Below are positions 12,566-26,897 of a stretch of 64,000 nt of DNA, piece after piece. The notes beneath the pieces were generated by a model. The model was not told the origin of the DNA. It did no database searches and saw only the letters and a list, made by a program, of their open reading frames with translations. The translations under genes and the position numbers were made by a program. Numbering within the stretch: the first letter of the stretch is position 1; each line of letters opens with the position of its first letter. Source of the DNA: Octopus vulgaris (lineage: Eukaryota); the NCBI GenBank assembly GCA_951406725.2, contig OX597832.1, positions 2,914,001 to 2,978,000 of the forward strand. The letters are read 5' to 3'.

Positions 12566-13244
12566 CTATAATAAATAAATAAAAAGGAAAGTAAAAATGG
12601 ATATTCCAAATATTACTACATACAGTTGAGTATTAGGATGAGCTTGGCCTTCAATAATAGTAATGAATCTAGTTAAATGTGTTAGAGTAGATTATCAAAG
12701 GCTGGGATTTGGTTGACAAGTACATATTTTCTATTTGAATTTGAACTTGCATTAACACAACATTGTTTTATGATGGCTGCCCATCAGCTTCACATACAGC
12801 TTTAGAACTGTTAACCAATTTTTTATCATTTCTTACCATTTTTCATTGAGATGCTGCCCTCTTGGAATACAATTCAAAATTAGGATGAACTTGTAACTGT
12901 GTTCACAGTTAGAGCTCAAGATTAGGTTTCAAAATTAAGACACAGAAATTGAGATAATTTTCTATAAACAGACATTATAAATATCATAATTAAGATTATA
13001 ATAATAAAATAGCCTTTATTTGCTGCAACAAATAACAGACCCACACACATGCTCTGCCAAAAATATGATTGCTTGGACTTTGCTAGTCTGTTTAGGCTCC
13101 AAATAACATTAATGAGAAAGCCAATCCCTATGTCAAATAACAGAAATGTTAATCACTAATAATATTACTGGTATCACTGATATTTACTAAATCAAACTAA
13201 GTAGGTTTAAGACAATGACACAGTTGCATTGAAATCTTTATTAA

Positions 13245-13403
<159 letters not shown>

Positions 13404-13909
13404 TAAATCAATGACAGATCTCATTCCTTAACGAGGACTATTTTATCTCTTCGGCAGTTTTAATTATATTTCATTAATGCTTGGATGTTAAATATGGAAA
13501 TGTTTGCTTATCCTGGCCATTATAATCTCAAATTGCACCGAGAAGAAAAACTAAGAGGATACACGAGAGCAAAGCCTCTACATGGCCTTTGAGCTCCTCG
13601 AAATGACAGCTAATTCTCCCTAAAACACAGCCTACAGTATGTCTGGTGGCATGTTGTGATGATAAAGGCTGGAATGCTTTTAATCACAGGTCTGTTTCAT
13701 CAGAGCTGACCTGGGGCTAAACAACTCATAGAAATTTCAAATATAAAGATACAGACTTGAAACTAGCTTCTTGATTCATTTTCGATTGATGTCCAATGAG
13801 TTTTTACTTTCAGTAATTTTGTAGACGGGAAGAAGCACTATAAATGATTTCACCAGATTTATAAGAAATATCTATTTAGAATTGCTGTTTATATATATAT
13901 ATATATATA

Positions 13910-14162
13910 ACCGGTGACACGTAAAAGCACCGTCCGTTCATGGCCGTTTGCCAGCTCTGTCTGGCACCTGTGCAGGTGGCACGTAAAAAGCACCCACTAC
14001 ACTCACGGAGTGGTTGGCGTTAGGAAGGGCATCCAGCTGTAGAAACACTGCCAGATCTGACTGGGCCTGACGAAGCCTTCCAGCTTCACAGACCCCAGTT
14101 GAACCGTCCAACCCATGCTAGCATGGAAAGCGGACGCTAAATGATGATGATGATGATGATAT
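13910..14162 (+). mobile_element. RTE 3'-end fragment or RTE-tailed SINE; related copies at about 14990-15180, 18310-18660, 46940-47205, 48450-48630
   Basis: Nearly identical to the RTE 3' UTR at 21817-22000 (GGAGTGGTTGGCGTTAGGAAGGGCATCCAGC...CCATGCTAGCATGGAAAGCGGACGCTAAA) with an (ATG)n tail. Confidence 0.85.
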
Positions 14163-16970
14163 CATAGTAATAGTTCTGCTGGTTTTTCTTTGAAATATAA
14201 ATAGTATTCTTTTAAAAATTAAACGCTTTAAAATATTGTTGCCCAGTATTTTAATAGTAAGTGCTGTATTTACTGAACTTTATTATGATGTTAAAATCAA
14301 GTAGCATTGAAATAGTAAACTCTATACCTGAAACAGCTGCTTGATATCATGAAAAGGACCAGCTATTTCTAACAACTGTCATACAAAGGAGTTTAGAGCA
14401 GGGGACTACTTAAAGATAATTACAGGTAGAATGATGACTGAAGAATATCTTAATGTGATATCTATTAAACATGCTGACAAAACAATAATTTCTCTTTAGT
14501 CTAAATTTATCACTGTTTTTAATGTAATTCATTTGAGTGAGAATTATACAATGAAATTTACACTTGCTGAAAGTATAGCTAAAAGAAAATCAAGTTAAAT
14601 ACATATGGTAAATGACTGAATAAACTATAAAAACAAACTGTTTCTCTTTATTGTTGAACCTCTGAATGTGTAACATGGAAGATAATACTTAATGGTGACA
14701 AAATATCTTGAAGCATCAACCATGTATCTGCATATGTTTCTGACTAGTCTAGAATGCCTTGGTTCAGATGGGTTTGTTTTAATTATAGGTAAATGTTTTC
14801 CCTTCAGCTGACAAATTTTGGTACGAGTTAGTGATAACAGTGCATAAAAATTTAATTATCTTTCCAGGAGTTTTATTTTATAGGTTGTGGTGTGGCAATT
14901 TTAGACTGTTTTAAAACATTCATACCAAACAAATCAACAGCAATCCATACATGTTCACTATTATTGTTGACAACAATATATATATATATATCATCGCCAT
15001 CTATCTTTAATGTCTGCCTTCCACGCTGGCATGAGTTGGACAATTTGACAGGAGCTGGCCAGGCAGAAGACAGCACCAGTCTTCTGTGTCTATTTTGGCA
15101 GGGCTTTTACAGCTGGATGCCCTTCCGAATACCAATCACCCAGCAGAGTGGACTGAGTGCTTTTTATGTTGCACAAGCATAAAATATATATTTATTCTAC
15201 AGAAAATGATGAAATTTTTGAATGATGCAGGAAGGTATTTGAACATTATTATATTCTTTCTTAACCATAAATTGTTTTTGGGTGCTTCAAAAATAAAGAG
15301 ATGTCTTGAGAATTGTCCATTGTTAAAAAACACTTTTATTTGCATCAATAAATCAAAGAAAGTGTTTCTTTAATTGAATTAATCCTTTACTAGCTGGACC
15401 TGTAAAAACTTCATGGAAAACAAAAATTGTAAGCATCTGTAAATAGTGACTTCATTTAATAACAATCAAATAATTATGTATTAACAATACCCTGGGAAAT
15501 TCTACGAAATACAAAAAATGTAAGCATCTTTAAAAGTAATATACAATATTGGCTGAGGACCTAGTATATAGAAAATGGTAATTAATTAAATTGTAGGAAA
15601 GTAAAAGTAACATCCAATATTTGCTGTGGTTATGTATCTGTCTACTCTGAAAATATTGATAAACATTTAAAAACACAAAACAAACGCCACTTGCCTTTCA
15701 GTCATCACTCACTCTCTTTCTCTCTCACTCTGCCACTCACTTCAAATATACCCCCTCTTCTTAACATTTTCTATTTCTACCTCACCTTTCAACTGTAGAA
15801 AAGTAATAGTAACATCCACAGCTATTTGCTGAGAGAGAGACAGAGGTAGAGTGTGTGTGTGTGTGTTAGAGAGAGGCAGACAGATAGGCAACATTTCTGT
15901 TTGCAATTTCCATATTTTCAACGGCTTTATTATCTTTCGTCCAAATTGAAAAGTTTTCTAGCATTTTCTCTGTGAGAATGGTTCCATTCTCCTTCACTAT
16001 TATTCTCTATCCACTCTCTTCCTTCACTCAATCTACTTCTCTAAATCTCTCTCTCTCTCATCCCCCTCTCCTCTAACTGTCCTCCTACATTTAACAAGTT
16101 ATATTTCTCTTACCTCTTAACACTATCAATCCCCCCCTCTCTCCCTTGCTCCCTCCTCTTTGCCTCTCACTTAAACTATACTTCTTCTGCTTAAGTTTTA
16201 TTTCCCTCTTTTCACCTCTTCTTTTCAACTAAGTGTGACACATACCACAGGTACTTATGTACATAGGTATTAGCATATTAATATTATTGATTCCAGATCA
16301 AATTGTTATAAACTAAATGTTACTGGAATATTTCAGGGATCACTTCTCATTATGAAAAAAAAAAAAAATGAGTAAAAATTGGTTAATTCTCTAAGAATCA
16401 AGTTAGAAATACTATTAATGATGGATTCCATAGTGTTGAAAACTTAACCTCTTTCATAAATCAATTGGATTTATGGCAAAACTTTCTAAAATAGTTCAAA
16501 CCCAGCTTATGCAGTATGAATTTTCAACACAAAAATATTTCCTGAATGGATGTAAACCGTTTTCAATCAAAAGAAAGTTTATAAATGTATGCCATGACCT
16601 GATTCTGGTTTAAGTTCTTCAGCCTTATTTTTTAAAAAGAGCAGGTGCATTTTCAGCATCACTATGTAGGCCTGACTGTGTGGTAAGAAGTTTGCTTCCC
16701 AAACATATGGTTCTGGGTTCAATTTCACTTTGTGACACCTTGGACAAATCTTCTATTATAATCCCAAGCTTTATGAGTGGGTTTCATAGACAGAAACTGA
16801 AAGAAGCCCATTGTGTGTGTGTCTGTGTGTGTGACTTTGTGTTTGTTTCTTACTACTGTTTGACAACTGGTTTGGGTTTGTTTACATTCCCATAACTTAG
16901 CAATTTAGGAAAAAAGACCAACAGAATAAGTAGTACTAGGCTTTAAAAAATAACTACTGTTTGACTAAAT

Positions 16971-17830
16971 CAGGGATTGCCAAAGGGGGTCTGAAAGATC
17001 CCCTAGAGGTTGGTGAGCAATTACAGGGGGTTGATAATAGCCATGGGGTTGAAGGGGGGGGGGGGTATGAGTGTGCGAAAGACCAGCTCACCCAGATGAA
17101 CTGCTTGAAATACTTAGTCAGTACCATGAAACATGGGAAAACATGATGAATTTTCACTGCTGTAAGAAGTCTGCTGTTGCTAATGTTCGAGGTTTGATGT
17201 TGTAATCTGTATCGTAATCAAAGATTGAGAGGTGTGGTTGAGGGGATGCAGACTGTCAAGTGTTTACTTATAGAAATTGCCCGAACTTGGAGGAATGAAG
17301 TGATTTGAGACTGAAACTGACCAACATTCAGTCTGATATCAATGCCTTGATTCAGAATCACCATGCTCCTATCTCATATTGATGTTGTCAATTTCAATAA
17401 AAGATATTCCAGCAATATGATTTTCTAACCGTGAAAACAATTTCATAAAAATTGAAAGTTTAATACTGTATACTCATACATGTAGTTTTAAATGTAAAAA
17501 GCGAGTCATCTTCAATAGAATTTTTTAATTTGTCGTACATGTATATTTTAGCTAACATCTTAATTGGCAGCATCATTATCTGGTATGCATTTAAGATATG
17601 GTACGGTAGGGTAAGGTATTAAGGTATTTTAAATGAGGAGGGTGGTCAATGCAAAAGGAGAAGTGGCTAAAGGGGGTCAATGTAGAATGAGAAGTGACAA
17701 AAGGGAGTCGATTCAGAAGGAGAAGTGGCTAAAGGGGGTCAATGTAGAATGAGAAGTGACAAAAGGGAGTCGATTTGGAAGGAGAAGTGGCTAAAGGGGG
17801 TCGATGGTTGAAAAAGTTTGGCAACCCCTG
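16971..17830. mobile_element. Non-autonomous hAT element inserted in a SINE, with a subterminal array of about 30-bp repeats (17640-17805)
   Basis: TIRs CAGGGATTGCCAA / TTGGCAACCCCTG; 8-bp TSD GACTAAAT/GACTAAAC; the SINE resumes after it. Confidence 0.85.
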
Positions 17831-18812
17831 GACTAAACACTTCAAAGCAGTGCCCCAGTATGGCAGCAGTCTAATGATTGAAACAAGTAAAAGATAACAA
17901 TCAAAACAGACAATGGCTTAAAAGTTAATGTGTTGTAGTATTAAGATTGTTCAAAGCATACTACATCAATTGATGGTACAACAATCTTTCAATGTATATG
18001 ACTAATGAAAACAGGTGAACTCTTGTAGTAGAATGAGTAGTTTTGCTGTACACATCTATTTTTAAATGCATTTTCTGTAAACCAAAAATAGTTGTTTTCT
18101 ATTCTCTTCAGTCAAAACCGTAGTTTAATATAAAAAGCTTTGGTTAGTCAAATAGTAGGACGTGTATATTTTATATGAACATGTACATCATTCTCAAAGT
18201 AGTTTAAATAATTACACATTTTATACAATCATCAACAACTATCTCATCATATTACTTACTAATAAGCTATTCTTTCTCATTGGATTTAGATTACTCAAAT
18301 ACATTTCTGTCATCATCATCATTTAACATCCACTTTCCATGCTGTAATGGGTTGGACAGTTTGACAGGAGTTGGCCAGCTGAAGGGCTGCTTGTGCTCCA
18401 TGTCTGTTTTGGCATGGTTTCTATGGCTGGATGCTCTTCCTAATGCCAACCACTTTACAGAGTGTATTGGGTGCTTTTATGCAGCACTGGCATGGGTACT
18501 TTTATGTGGCACCAGCAACCATGAGCCCACAAGATTAAGACTGCTCAGCTGAAGAGGGATGTAGGAGATTTGCCTGTATGCAAGGACAATCATGATTTTA
18601 CTTAGCTTGATGTGTCTTCTCAAGCACAGCAAACTGCCAGTCTCAGTCCCTTGTCATCCTTTCTGAAAAACATGTTCTCCTTAAGGAGTTTTAGTGTGAT
18701 TGCTTATCTAATTATTTTTTGCATTGTAATTATACAAAAATACTGTCAACATATGTTTCCTCTAAGTTCTATTTAAAAACTACTCAAGGGACAGTAATTA
18801 AATATATCTTAC

Positions 18813-19038
18813 CTTGACAGCAGCTCTATGACGTGTTAACGTTAATAATGGCTGAATGGAGACACTACGATTAAAATCCCAAATATTCACAATGTTATCA
18901 TTGCCTCCACTGGCCAAATAGCGACCATTACCTGACCATTTCAAGCCACAAACAATACTTGTATGAGCAGAGAAGGTACTGATCACGTGATCAGAAAGTC
19001 GGATATCATGATGATATATTGTGCCATCATTAGTACCA
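18813..19038 (-). CDS. CDC20: CDC20-like internal exon (226 nt)
   Basis: AG/GT flanked; GTNDGTIYHHDIR...HTSIVCGLKWSGNGRYLASGGNDNIVNIWD...HRAAVK. Confidence 0.94.
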
Positions 19039-20341
19039 CTAGAAAAATAAATTAAAGTACATTTATCATATGCTGGACTGTATGTGTATGTAAACATATA
19101 TACATGTGTGTGTGTTTAGGTGCAAGCATAACTGTGTGGTGAAGAAGTGTGCTTCTTAAGCACGTAATTTCCAATTTGATCCCACTGCATGATAGAAGAT
19201 GAATGAGTTGTGAGAAAATTTGGTAGATGGAAACTGCAGAAAGCACATTGTGTGAGTGTGTGTGTGTGTGTACATGTACAAATATGCATGAATACTGATA
19301 TTTCAATTAAGTGGTGATGATGTTGGCATTTCATGTTGACATTATGACATCATCTATTTTGAAACCTCTGGAAATAAAAATCCTTGTTAGCAACAGAAAA
19401 AGTATTGGCTGTAAAATGCCATTTCAAATAACTTCCCATCCAAACCACATGCAAGCATAAAAAACATGCACCAAATGAATGAACAAATGTACACACGCAC
19501 ACACAGATGTCTCAAAAGTAAATAGCCATCATTTTTGAAAGATTTCATCATCATCCTTTAATGTATTTTTTCAATGCTGGTATGGGTTGGATAGTTTGAT
19601 CAGAGCTGGCAAGCTGCACATAGTTCCAGTCTAATTTGGCTTGGTTTCTATGACTGGATGCCCTTCCTAATGTCAAATACTTTACAGTATGCGGCAGGAG
19701 CTCTTAATGTGCCACTAACATGAGTGCATTTATGTGGCACTGGCACAAGTGCATTTTTACATGGCACCATCACAGGACTTTTGGAAGCCAATCCTCTTCA
19801 CCAGGGGATGCAGCCTTAACACTTCTGAGTGGAGCATAGGTCTTCTTGAGGCATCAGATATCTCAGTCCTTTGTCATCTTGTCTGAAAGGTTCAGCATTC
19901 TGAGGCCATCATTCAGTACTTTGTGCCATGCCACCCTGGATCTCCCTCTTCCACGAGTTCTGTCCATTTTGAGTGAATGGCACTTGTTTATGGAGTTGTC
20001 AGCATCCATCTGCATCACATGACCAAACCAGTGCAGGTTTCTCTCTTACACACTACATCTAATTCCTCTTATGCCTAACTTATCTCTCAATACATTCACA
20101 CTCTGTCATACATGTACATTACTCATCCAGTGGAGTATACTAGCCTTTGCATGTCCTCTGCATGCAGGGACCACATCTCATTTCCATGTAGAATTGCTGT
20201 TCATATGCATGCATCATACAACCTTCCTTTCACTCAGAGAGAGAAACCTTTGGTTGGCAACAGAGAAAAAAGCTCTCTGATTTTCTTCTCCCTATTCTTA
20301 TTCTAGTTATTACACTCTCTGTACATCCTCCCCTTCCACTA

Positions 20342-21625
20342 TTTTGTTGTCTGAAAAGTTCTGAACATTTTAAAGCTAAATCTTTTAACATTTCTTAACA
20401 AATCTTTGAACACACCTGTAATGTAACAGAGTTAAAAGTATGGCATTATTTGAAGTGGTAGTGCATCTCTTCTTTGCTCCTGACTAAAAATAGATTTTTC
20501 TTTCATTCTGGTTACTCTTTATTGACAATTGAAATGGATAACCAAAAGTTTCATATTCACCTAACAATGCTTTTCTTTTGTAAAACGGGAGAAAATGCTG
20601 CAAAGACATGCCAAAACATTTGTGAAGTTCATGGTGATGATGCTGTAGGTGAATCAACTGTTCAAAGGTGGTTTGCAAAATTTAAAGCTGGAGAGTTCAG
20701 CTTGAAAGATGATAGTCACAGTAGAAGACCTTCAAAATTGGATGAAGATGTTTTGAAGGCAAAAATAAAAAAAAACTCAAATATCATGACTGGAGAACTT
20801 ACAGAGGAGTTTGATTTTTCTAAAAGTACAGCTAGGATACATTTCTCGTTATAATGCATGGGTCTCTTACAAACTCTCAGAAAAGAATTGCTTGGACCGG
20901 TATTCGGTTTCTGATATACTGTTGAAATGGAATGAAAGCATGCCTTTTTTGAAACAAGTTGTGACTGGAGATGAAAAATGGATTGTTTATGAAAGCCTAG
21001 TGCTAAAAAGATCCTGGAGTTTGCATAAGGATCCCCCAAAACAGAAACCAAAGATGAATATCCATGTCAGAAAAGCTATGCTTTGTGTTTGGTGGGATCA
21101 CAAAGGTATTATTTATTATGAGCTTCTCTCACAAAACCAGATCATTAATTCTGATGTGTACTGTCGTTGACTGGCTAATTTGAACCCCAAAAAAAAAAAA
21201 AATCAGAGAATTGAGGCTGCAGATTGCCAACAGGAAAGGGGTAGTGTTCCAACAAGACAATGCCCAACCACATGTATTTTGGCTATCCGAACAAAGTTAC
21301 ATGAACTTGGCTGGGACCTCTTACTCCATCCATTATATTTTCCTGATATTGCACCATCCAACTACCACTTGTTTTTGTCTCTACAGAACCCATTTCAAGG
21401 AAAAACATTTAATGATTGAGATGGAGTCAAAATGCATCTAGATAACTTTTTTTCTTCAAACCAGTCAAATTTTATGCTGATGGAATATTTAAATTACCTG
21501 AAAGATATGCAAAGGTCATTAATAATAATGAAAATTATTTCATTGAATAAAATTTATTGAAAGGTTAATTATTTATATTCCTATTTGTATATTAAAAAGT
21601 GCTCAGAACTTTCCAGATAACCTAA
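20342..21625 (+). mobile_element. Full-length but frameshifted mariner transposon
   Basis: HTH (GESTVQRWFAKFKAG), VTGDEKWIVY, QQDNA, HPLYFPDIAPSNYHLF; inverted termini ..TCTGAAAAGTTCTGA / TCAGAACTTTCCAGA. Confidence 0.9.
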
Positions 21626-21816
21626 TAATTTGGTCCACTAGGTAGCAGAAATTATCCAATACCTCTAAAGAGCCTCTAGGGCATTTGAGAAAATTGATTT
21701 TCTGAATATATGTAGTTTTTATGGATCCTGTGCATCTTCCATATACAAATATTACTTTCTCTGATAACCTTCCTATTATTCCAATGCACTTGCGTGTCCA
21801 TAGCTTACACTGTGTA

Positions 21817-24800
21817 TATCATCATCATCATCGTTTAGCGTCCGCTTTCCATGCTAGCATGGGTTGGACGATTCAACTGAGGTCTGGGAAGACAGAAGGC
21901 TGCACCAGGCCCAGTTTGATCTGGCAATGTTTCTATGGCTGGATGCCCTTCCTAATGCCAACCACTCCATGAGTGTAGTGGGTGCTTTTTACGTGCCACT
22001 GGCACAGGTACCAGACGAGTCTGGCAAACAGCCACGATCGGATGGTGCTTTTTATGTGCCACCGGCACAGGGGCCAGGCGAGGCTGGCAATGGCCACGAA
22101 CGGATGATGCTTTTTATGTGCCACCGGCACGAGGCCAGTCGGGGCGGCGCTGGCAACGGCCACGTTCGGATGGTTCTCTTACATGCCACAGGCACTGGTA
22201 ACTCAGCTGCAATTTCCATTGATCGATTTCGATTCTGATTCTCACTTGCCTCAACAGGTCTTCACAAGTAGAGTTTTGTGTCCCAAGAAGGGAAGGTATG
22301 CATAAGTGGGCTGGCTACATCCCATGTAGGCCACGGGTTATGGTCTCACTTGTCCTGCCGGGTCTTCTCACGCACAGCATACTTCCAAGGGTCTCGGTCT
22401 CTAGTCATTTCCTCAGTGAGACCTAAAGTTCGAAGGTCGTGCTTCACCACCTCGTCCCAGGTTTTCCTGGGTCTGCCTCTTCCACAGGTTCCCTCAACTG
22501 GTAGGGTGTAGCACTTTTTCACACAACTATCTTCATCCATTCTTGCCACATGTCCATACCAGCGCAAACGTTTCTCTTGCACACCACATCTGATGCTTCT
22601 TAGGTCTAGCTTTTCTCTCAAGGTACTTACACTCTGTCGAGTATGAATACTGACATTACACATCCATCGGAGCATACTGGCTTCATTTCTTGCAAGCTTA
22701 CGCATATCCTCAGCAGTCACGGCCCATGTTTCACTGCCATGTAGCATGGCTGTTCGTACACACGCGTCATACAGTCTGCCTTTTACTCTGAGTGAGAGGC
22801 CTTTTGTCACCAGCAGAGGTAAGAGCTCTCTGAATTTTGCCCAAGCTATTCTTTGTCTAGCAGTTACACTTTCAGCACACCCACCCCCGCTGCTGACTTG
22901 GTCACCTAGGTAACGGAAGCTATCAACTATTTCTAGTTTTTCTCCCTGGAAAGTGACAGAAGTTGGTCTCAGAGCATTTTCAGTGTTTATTGTTCCTGAG
23001 CATCTGCCACATACAAAAACCATCTTCCTAGTTAGCCTTCCTTTGACATTGCTGCACCTCTTATGTGTCCATAGCTTACACTTGGTGCATCTTATAGAGT
23101 TTCTACCTACACCTTTTCTACAGATTGAGCAGGGCCATCTACCTGAAGGCGTTTGTGATTTGTCTACCTTTCTACTTATTAGGACTTTGGTTTTAGCTAG
23201 ATTGACTCTAAGGCCCTTCGATTCTAATCCTTGCTTCCACACCTGAAACTTTTCCTCCAGTTCTGATAGTGACTCAGCAATTAGAGCAAGGTCATCAGCA
23301 TAGAGGAGCTCCCAAGGGCATCCTGTCTTGAATTCCTCCGTTATTGCCTGGAGGACTATGATAAATAGGAGGGGGATGAGGACTGAGCCTTGGTGGACCC
23401 CTACCTCTACCCGGAATTCTTCACTGTACTCGTTGCCAACCCTCACCTTACTAGCAGCGTCCCTGTACATGGCTCGCACAGCTCTCACTAACCATTCATC
23501 TATCCCTAGTTTCCTCATTGACCACCAGATAAGGGATCGGGGGACCCTGTCGAAGGCTTTCTCCATGTCAACAAAAGCCAGGTACAGGGGCTTATCTTTG
23601 GCTAGGTATTTCTCCTGCAGCTGCCTTACCAGGAATATAGCATCAGTGGTACTTTTCCCTGGCACAAACCCAAACTGCATCTCATCTAAACTAACTCTCT
23701 CTCTAATTAGTTGGGCTATGACCCTCTCCGTAACCTTCATTACCTGATCCAACAGCTTGATACCTCTGTAACTATTTGTATCTAGGGCGTCACCTTTACC
23801 TTTGTAGCAGTTGACTATTATGCTGCTACACCAGTCATTGGGTATGACTCCTTCGTGTATCACCTGATTAACTATACGGGTGACTAAGCTATAGCCGACA
23901 CTACCAGATATTTTGAGCATCTCTGCAGTGATTCCTGATGGGCCTGGGGCTTTCCCTGTCTTCATGCTTCTAATTGCCTTAACTACCAAGGAACTGTCAA
24001 CTTGGATAGCTGGTCCCTCTGTTGGGTCAACATTCGGCAGACTCTCTTTATCCCATTCATTTTCTTTATTCAGCAACCTTTCATAGTGGCGTCTCCAAAC
24101 CTCTCTCTTTGCATCCTCATTTAGCGCAAGTGAACCATCTTCCATGCGAACACACTTCTCTCCTACCACATCACAATTCTCTCTCACACACTGTCTTGCA
24201 ACGCGAAAAACCTCCAGTCTTTGGTCCTCACGGCGCAGAACATTGGCAAATTTTTTCTTATCTGCTTCCCCTCTGGCTAGATAGACCTGTCTCCTAGCTT
24301 CCCTTTTGACAGTCTGATACAATTCCCTGCTACCACCATTCTTCCAAGTCTGTCTCTTTTCTCTAATAGCCCTGTCTACAACACTGTTCCACCACCACGT
24401 TACCTTGGGACGAGAGGGGACTTTGCACCATCCACAGATCTGGTCAATGGCTCTCAGCAGGTTGTCCCTTAGAAACGTCCAGTTGCCTTCTACCCCATGT
24501 GATACTCTATCCCCTTCTACTTCGTCAAAGGCTTCAAGTAGCATGTCCCTAAATCTCTGTCCATTCGCAGGATCTTTAAGCTTCCAGATCCTTCTTCTCC
24601 ATGTTGGTCGACTTCTGGTTGTCCTCCTAGTCCTGATCCTAAAGTCACTAACTACCAGTCTATGTTGTGGGGTACATTCTTCGCCTGGGAAGGTTTTGGC
24701 ATTTATAAGCAGCCATCTCTCCCTTTGCCTGGCAAGGATGTAGTCAATTTGGCTGGTATGTTGGCCCGATTGGTAGGTGACTAGGTGGCTGGTAGGTTTC

Positions 24801-25790
24801 CTGAAGTTAGTGTTGCAAATCATAAGATTATTTGCATCGCAGAACTCCAGCAGCCTGGTTCCCTCCTCGTGGGAACCATAGCCATAGCCTCCATGTACGC
24901 CATGGAAGCCCCCAGCATGTTGTCCAACGTGACCATTGAAGTCACCAGCCACAAAGAGAAGGTCTCTGTCGTTCGTCAATGAGGTAGTCTGCAGTAGAGT
25001 GTCGTAGAATCAGTCTTTCTGTCCATCAGGTAGCCCCGACTGAGGAGCATACGCCAATATAATGGTTGCTAAACTATGATGAAGCACTAATCTGATCTTA
25101 AGTATTCTGTCACATACTCTGATTACCTCAATTACTTTATCTACCCATTTCTCAGCGATACCCATGCCACCAACCCCGTCAGTGTTCCCTGCCCAGAAAA
25201 TCTTGTACCTGTGTTCCTTGCCTGTGAGGAACCTAGCAGATCCTCCTCTCCACCTTACTTCTTGCATGCAACATATATCCACACATCTCCGTTCAAGCAT
25301 CTCGACTATCTCGCCAGACCTACCTTTCAGTGTGCCAACGTTGAGGGTGCCAACCCTGAGGGTGTGGGAGGTATGGGCCCTAGAGACCCTGGGACGGTGG
25401 ACAGTAGCTTCATGTACCTGAAAAGAAAGCTCGCATTTGGCAGAATTCATGTGCAAGTAATACAGTAGCCTTAAGTTCAACCTGCATAACACTAGCCTTT
25501 CATATTTTGCACTGTATGAACATTACCTTACATAGGTCGAGACTAGGGGTAGGGATGGTGAAAGAGCATTTGCAGTCTTCATGGGAAGCAACCCCGGGAT
25601 GGCAAAGAATAGGAACTTCCGGCATGTGTGGAGGGGGTGGGAAGGCGGGTGCACCATAAACTAGGAAGAGGTTCTGTTAATCATGGGAGCAAGAAAGTAG
25701 GTTTGAAAAATCTGAGAAAGTGAGATTTTTAGGGGAAAGATAAGTGGCTATGAACCGGGAGCAACAGGGAGACAAGACTAAACAAAAAAC
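21817..25790 (-). mobile_element. Near-intact RTE-clade LINE (AP endonuclease + RT + Cys/His finger) with a single in-frame TGA at 25010-25012
   Basis: ORFs 25010-25492 (GTLNVGTL, MQEVRW) and 22346-24979 (GDFNGHVG, QIDYIL, QFGF, LLYADD) are in the same frame; 3' UTR with internal repeats and an (ATG)n tail. The 5' boundary is approximate. Confidence 0.95.
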
Positions 25791-25796
25791 ATATTT

Positions 25797-25990
25797 GAGC
25801 TAGACAGAGTAATGAGAGAATATTGAAAGAATAATTTACATGAATGGCATGTTACTGAGCTAGACAGAGTAATGAGAGAATACTGAGAGAATACTGAAAG
25901 AAAAATATAGTGAGAGAGTACTGAAAGAATAATATAATGAGAGAGTACTGAAAGAACAATATAATGAGAGAGTAATCGAAGAATAATGAA
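25797..25990. repeat. Short tandem repeats (27-bp unit GAGAGAGTACTGAAAGAAYAATATAAT and a duplicated 26-mer)
   Basis: Visible repeats adjacent to the RTE 5' end. Confidence 0.8.
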
Positions 25991-26104
25991 AGAATAAAGA
26001 TGATACATGCAAAGATAGAAGGTAGAGGCAAGCGAGGTTGAAAGAAGAATTTCTTAACTTTAACTGTTCATGATCTGTGCGTATTTCTTCGTGAGGGATT
26101 TGGA

Positions 26105-26620
26105 AGATGAAATTCCTGCCTATACATTTCCCACAAATTGAGCAGGGCCACTTACCTGAAGGAGATAGGAGCATGTCTGTTTTCTTGCTTACTAAGATCT
26201 TAGTCATTGCTTAGTTAACCTTAAGACCCTTAGATTCCAGGTTTTACTTCCACACCTGGAATTCCTTTTCTGGCTCTAATATAGAGTCTATGAGGGCAAG
26301 ATTGTCAGCATATAGTAGTTCGCAGGAGCTGCCAGTGTTGAATTCTTCTGGTAAGTCCTGGAGGACAATGATGGAAAGTAAGGGACTGAGGACAGCCTTG
26401 ATGAACACCTGCCTGTACACCAAATTCTTCACTGTACTTGTTAACTCTCACTATACTTACAGCACCCCTGTATATGGCCTGTACAGCTTTCACAAGCCAC
26501 TCGTCTACTCCTTGCTTCCTCAGAGCCCACCATATCACATAGTGGGGGTACTTTATTGAAGGCTTTCTCTACATCAACAGATGTCAAGTACAATGGTTTA
26601 TTCTTGGCTAAGTATTTAGA
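26105..26620 (-). mobile_element. Older RTE copy (RT part); continues at about 21630-21816 and 19545-20340
   Basis: IWWALRKQGVDEWLVKAVQAIY, ELLYADNLAL, SGKWPCSICGK; collinear with the other pieces once the nested insertions are removed. Confidence 0.8.
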
Positions 26621-26802
26621 AATAAAATAAGGTCAATTGATTTATTTAAATATTTAATCTAATATTTAGTAGACATGTCTTGTGCAGTTTTTAATGAGTT
26701 AACCCATGTGGACATTGTACTGAAATACAATCAAGGTTAAAACTTATTGCTTTAGTTCATTGTAATTAACAAGGAGGAGTTAAACCAAAGAAACTAACTC
26801 AC

Positions 26803-26897
26803 CAGCTAAGAACATTAGCATTCCAAGAGAGTGTATGTGCTGAAGTTCCTGCTCCATACATTGTACGGAGTAGTTTCTTGGTTTTTGTATCCCATAT
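26803..26897 (-). CDS. CDC20: CDC20-like internal exon (95 nt)
   Basis: AAG acceptor, GTGAGT donor; IWDTKTKKLLRTMYGAGTSAHTLSWNANVLS(C); not in the ORF track. Confidence 0.9.

Noticed and set aside
13111-13150. AATGAGAAAGCC (NEKA)...AGAAATGTT (RNV) as a decayed SERP1 first exon
   Set aside because: Only a few residues match, with a stop and a frameshift; chance is plausible.
17640-17805. CRISPR-like repeat array (also 25797-25990, 55030-55145)
   Set aside because: Tandem units without unique spacers, inside eukaryotic TEs, and no cas genes.
25010-25012. Programmed readthrough or selenocysteine TGA in the RTE ORF
   Set aside because: More simply a CGA to TGA CpG transition; no SECIS recognised. 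Would need the TGA to be shared across copies.
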